IMG/VR virus record: IMGVR_UViG_3300010347_003641
Source of the DNA: an uncultured virus (IMG/VR IMGVR_UViG_3300010347_003641)
Taxonomy: Duplodnaviria; Heunggongvirae; Uroviricota; Caudoviricetes
DNA length: 20,000 nt
Strand: one strand, 5' to 3'
In this document: positions 18,157-20,000 of the stretch, piece by piece
Numbering within the stretch: position 1 is the first letter of the stretch
Layout: each line of letters opens with the position of its first letter
The notes under the pieces: model-generated
What the model saw: only the letters and a program-made list of their open reading frames with translations
Told to the model about the DNA's origin: nothing
The model's database searches: none
Position numbers and translations under genes: made by a program

Positions 18157-18309
18157 ATGTTCAATAAGACAAGCGGGATAGTTAAGACCTGGGTAGCGAT
18201 GATACTGATAGGAATATATTCGTTTGACGATGTTCCGAAGCTGTTGAATCTTCGGACGGCGGTCGGCGAAGTCCTCGATCTCGTCGGTATTCCTCACGGT
18301 GAAGCGTAA
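18157..18309 (+). CDS. CD1375/XkdX-like small phage protein (50 aa), not in ORF track
   Basis: Strong SD AAGGAGG. Hand translation MFNKTSGIVKTWVAMILIGIYSFDDVPKLLNLRTAVGEVLDLVGIPHGEA is clearly paralogous to the 17920 gene (MFNKNSALVKVW...IPNLYNLREVI). Confidence 0.85.
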   Translation: MFNKTSGIVKTWVAMILIGIYSFDDVPKLLNLRTAVGEVLDLVGIPHGEA

Positions 18310-18424
18310 TTCGTTTCTCGTGAAGATAACGGTAATGCTCGTATTGCTAGGGGCATGGCCGTTCAGATTGGTGCCGAAGAAGGGTACGGCGAGAAGAATC
18401 CTCGAAGAAATAGGTTATAGATAA
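18299..18424 (+). CDS. Third CD1375/XkdX-like paralog (41 aa), not in ORF track
   Basis: The GTG start overlaps the end of the previous gene. MKRNSFLVKITVMLVLLGAWPFRLVPKKGTARRILEEIGYR aligns to the paralogs (NSxLVK; VMLVLLGAWPFRLVPK vs VAMILIGIYSFDDVPK). The stop abuts the terminator. No clear SD. Confidence 0.65.
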   Translation: MKRNSFLVKITVMLVLLGAWPFRLVPKKGTARRILEEIGYR

Positions 18425-18447
18425 AAGCCCCTCAACGGGGCTTTTTT
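18423..18447. terminator. Bidirectional intrinsic terminator
   Basis: AAAAGCCCC-tcaac-GGGGCTTTTTT lies exactly between convergent genes. Confidence 0.9.
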
Positions 18448-18715
18448 AATGTATGTTAACCGTCTTTGCTTCTTGCCGGGCTCTACGTTCTCGTTCTCTC
18501 TTCTCGTCTTCGGCGTTGAATATCGCAGCTACCCGTTTTCGTCCTTCCTTCAGCATCTGCGTACTTACCAATGCGATGAGTTCTTTGTCGTTTATTTTCT
18601 TGTTCGGATAGGCGGCTCGATACTCGATCATCATTTGTTCGAACCCTCTCACGAAAACGTCATCGACATGGTCGTTCAAGAGGTTGTTAGAATCTTTGAT
18701 AGCCTTTCTTTTCAT
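18446..18715 (-). CDS. Hypothetical helical protein (89 aa)
   Basis: SD AAAGGGGG upstream of the ATG. The ORF ends at the terminator and has a charged, helical C-terminus. Confidence 0.75.
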   Translation of the reverse strand: MKRKAIKDSNNLLNDHVDDVFVRGFEQMMIEYRAAYPNKKINDKELIALVSTQMLKEGRKRVAAIFNAEDEKRERERRARQEAKTVNIH

Positions 18716-18730
18716 AAATAGACCCCCTTT

Positions 18731-18761
18731 TTAGATCTAATTTATCCTCTTGTCAGGATAA
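18731..18761. promoter_or_regulatory. Palindromic operator-like sites upstream of the 89-aa gene
   Basis: A perfect palindrome TTAGATCTAA (18731-18740) and an inverted repeat TTATCCT-N6-AGGATAA (18742-18761) lie in AT-rich intergenic DNA. Confidence 0.35.
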
Positions 18762-18807
18762 TTTTAACGTATAACTCTCAAGATATGACAATCAACATAG
18801 AATATTA

Positions 18808-18848
18808 AATAAAACGAAACTCCCACTATGTTCGCCCGGGGAGTTTCG
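18808..18848 (-). terminator. Intrinsic terminator downstream of the DUF1599 gene
   Basis: 10-bp stem CGAAACTCCC (18815-18824) / GGGAGTTTCG (18839-18848) with a 14-nt loop, followed by TTTTATTT on the minus strand. Confidence 0.7.
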
Positions 18849-18872
18849 AAATCTAGCAAATCGTAATTTTGC

Positions 18873-19241
18873 TTATTCGACTTTACTCAGAGCGAATCGC
18901 CGGACTCCAGGCCAGTTGTTTGTTCTACAAAGACGTGCGATAATCGCATATACAGATATATCGTCGTAAGTATCCTCTATCGCTTCGTTCTTCGCTTCTT
19001 TGTTTGCGAATACCAGATTCAGCAAACGTTCGAATTTATCGTTCATTCTAATTATAGTCCCAATTTCCCCGAATTTTGCGATGTTGTCTGGACCGTAGTC
19101 TAATTGCTTCGAGATGAATACTTGGGATAATTCCAATTGTCTATCTATAAACTGTTCAAACAACTTTTTCTGTTGTGGCGAACAGAGTTCTATTGTATTG
19201 AGTATCGTAGAGAGTTTTTCTAGCAACCCGGTATTTCCCAT
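18873..19241 (-). CDS. DUF1599 / nucleotide modification associated domain 1 (Nmad1)-like protein (122 aa)
   Basis: Signature KQLDYG.DNI..FG..G..IRMNDKFERL.NL....NEAIEDT..D...YAII. SD AAAGGAGG. The start overlaps the upstream stop (TAATG). Confidence 0.85.
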   Translation of the reverse strand: MGNTGLLEKLSTILNTIELCSPQQKKLFEQFIDRQLELSQVFISKQLDYGPDNIAKFGEIGTIIRMNDKFERLLNLVFANKEAKNEAIEDTYDDISVYAIIARLCRTNNWPGVRRFALSKVE

Positions 19242-19999
19242 TATACAGTTCCTCCTTTTATTCTATCAATCTTTTTCGTCGTGAACTTTACGGTCAATAA
19301 CTCAAACGTATTATCCGAGCAATACACTCCGGCTGTTTTTCCAATGAAACCCTCTGCGTCGAAGACCATTTCGTTATATAATTCAGAACCTTCTTTTACA
19401 ACCAGAGAAACTTGTGTACCTTCCTTGTCTTCGGCAGTTACGTTCGTTAACTCTCCGCTTTTTACAGTAATTTCCTTTATCCGAAGATTTAATCTCGAAT
19501 TATCTTTGACGAGAAACAATCCGCCGGAAGGACCCGCAGCGTACGGAGCCGACGTGTCCCGAAGTACAATTGAATCGTGGCCTAGCTGGTAGAAGGAATC
19601 GAGACACAGAAGAACGGAATGCTTGTCCCTGACTATCTCATAACCTTCTTCGGTATTTCGTATATGGGAATCTCGTAATAACTCTTCGTTTTTCAGAAAG
19701 AAGCTCTTTCGCTGGAGAGAACGCTGGTAATACGAAAGGGTGGGCGTCGATACATAGTCCATGACGTAAAGTATAGAATTATTGGCCGTAAACGGTTCCT
19801 CTTCGTTGGCTACCATGAGTTCGCCTTCGAGGAAGAACGGTGTGGTTACGGGGATCTTTGAAAGCAGATCGCCCCAGGCCTCTTCGAGTTTTTCTAGCCG
19901 GCGTCCGCTCTGCGAATATATAGAAAAGCCGGAATCGAATATTATACGGCATCTCGGGCCTTCGTAGCACGGAGTTATTACGTAACCCTTTCCGTATTC
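19241..19999 (-). CDS. ATP-dependent DNA ligase-like protein with substituted catalytic residues, 5'-truncated by the window edge (at least 252 aa)
   Basis: The frame is open from 19999 to the track start at 19816 and adds EYGKGYVITPCYEGPRCRIIFDSGFSIYSQSGRRLEKLEEAWGDLLSKIPVTTPFFLEGEL. Ligase-like motifs appear in order: I PCYEGPRC, Ia YSQSG, III LEGEL, IIIa YVMD, IV HDSIVLR..APY, V LFLVK, then an OB-like region with FIGK. Confidence 0.75.
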   Translation of the reverse strand, partial: EYGKGYVITPCYEGPRCRIIFDSGFSIYSQSGRRLEKLEEAWGDLLSKIPVTTPFFLEGELMVANEEEPFTANNSILYVMDYVSTPTLSYYQRSLQRKSFFLKNEELLRDSHIRNTEEGYEIVRDKHSVLLCLDSFYQLGHDSIVLRDTSAPYAAGPSGGLFLVKDNSRLNLRIKEITVKSGELTNVTAEDKEGTQVSLVVKEGSELYNEMVFDAEGFIGKTAGVYCSDNTFELLTVKFTTKKIDRIKGGTV

Positions 20000-20000
20000 G

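Larger units (their letters stand above)
1..20000. mobile_element. Tailed bacteriophage / prophage genome segment (virion fibre module plus flanking genes)
   Basis: Contains long HxH-repeat fibre genes, LamG and beta-propeller adhesin-like genes, CD1375/XkdX-like mini-genes, PhoH, DUF1599 and a ligase-like gene. Gene packing is dense and coupled, and no cellular housekeeping genes are present. Confidence 0.93.

Noticed and set aside
18310..18422. Possible ncRNA in the apparent intergenic gap before the terminator
   Set aside because: The gap is explained by the 41-aa paralogous ORF at 18299-18424. No tRNA-like or other convincing structure was seen.
19241..19999. Calling the last ORF a functional DNA ligase or a pseudogene
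   Set aside because: The catalytic motif I Lys is absent, so ligase activity is unsupported. The frame is intact and coupled to the next gene, so pseudogene status is also unsupported.

Overview
This window is part of a tailed phage (or prophage) genome. The + strand carries a 5'-truncated PIN-PhoH gene, a coiled-coil protein with a C-terminal membrane helix, and a small XRE HTH gene that diverges from an unknown - strand gene. A tightly coupled virion appendage operon of about 16 kb follows. It encodes a small structural protein, a G8/beta-helix spike-like protein, a 1590-aa His-rich fibre, a three-LamG protein, a 1333-aa His-rich fibre, a PQQ-like beta-propeller, an assembly-type protein and three tandem CD1375/XkdX-like mini-genes, two of which the ORF track missed. 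The operon ends at a bidirectional terminator (about 18423-18447). Converging from the right on the - strand are an 89-aa hypothetical gene, a DUF1599/Nmad1 gene and an ORF that stays open to the window edge. Hand translation of that ORF shows the ATP-dependent DNA ligase motifs in order, but the adenylated Lys is replaced by Cys and other catalytic residues are also changed, which suggests a pseudo-ligase. Other notable points are a possible serial fibre-hub-fibre-propeller architecture with a triplicated 16-aa motif in the LamG protein, protein modules shared between the two fibres with heavily recoded DNA, and an AT-rich receptor-binding tip that may have been swapped in. All family assignments come from motif recognition by eye; no database searches were run.
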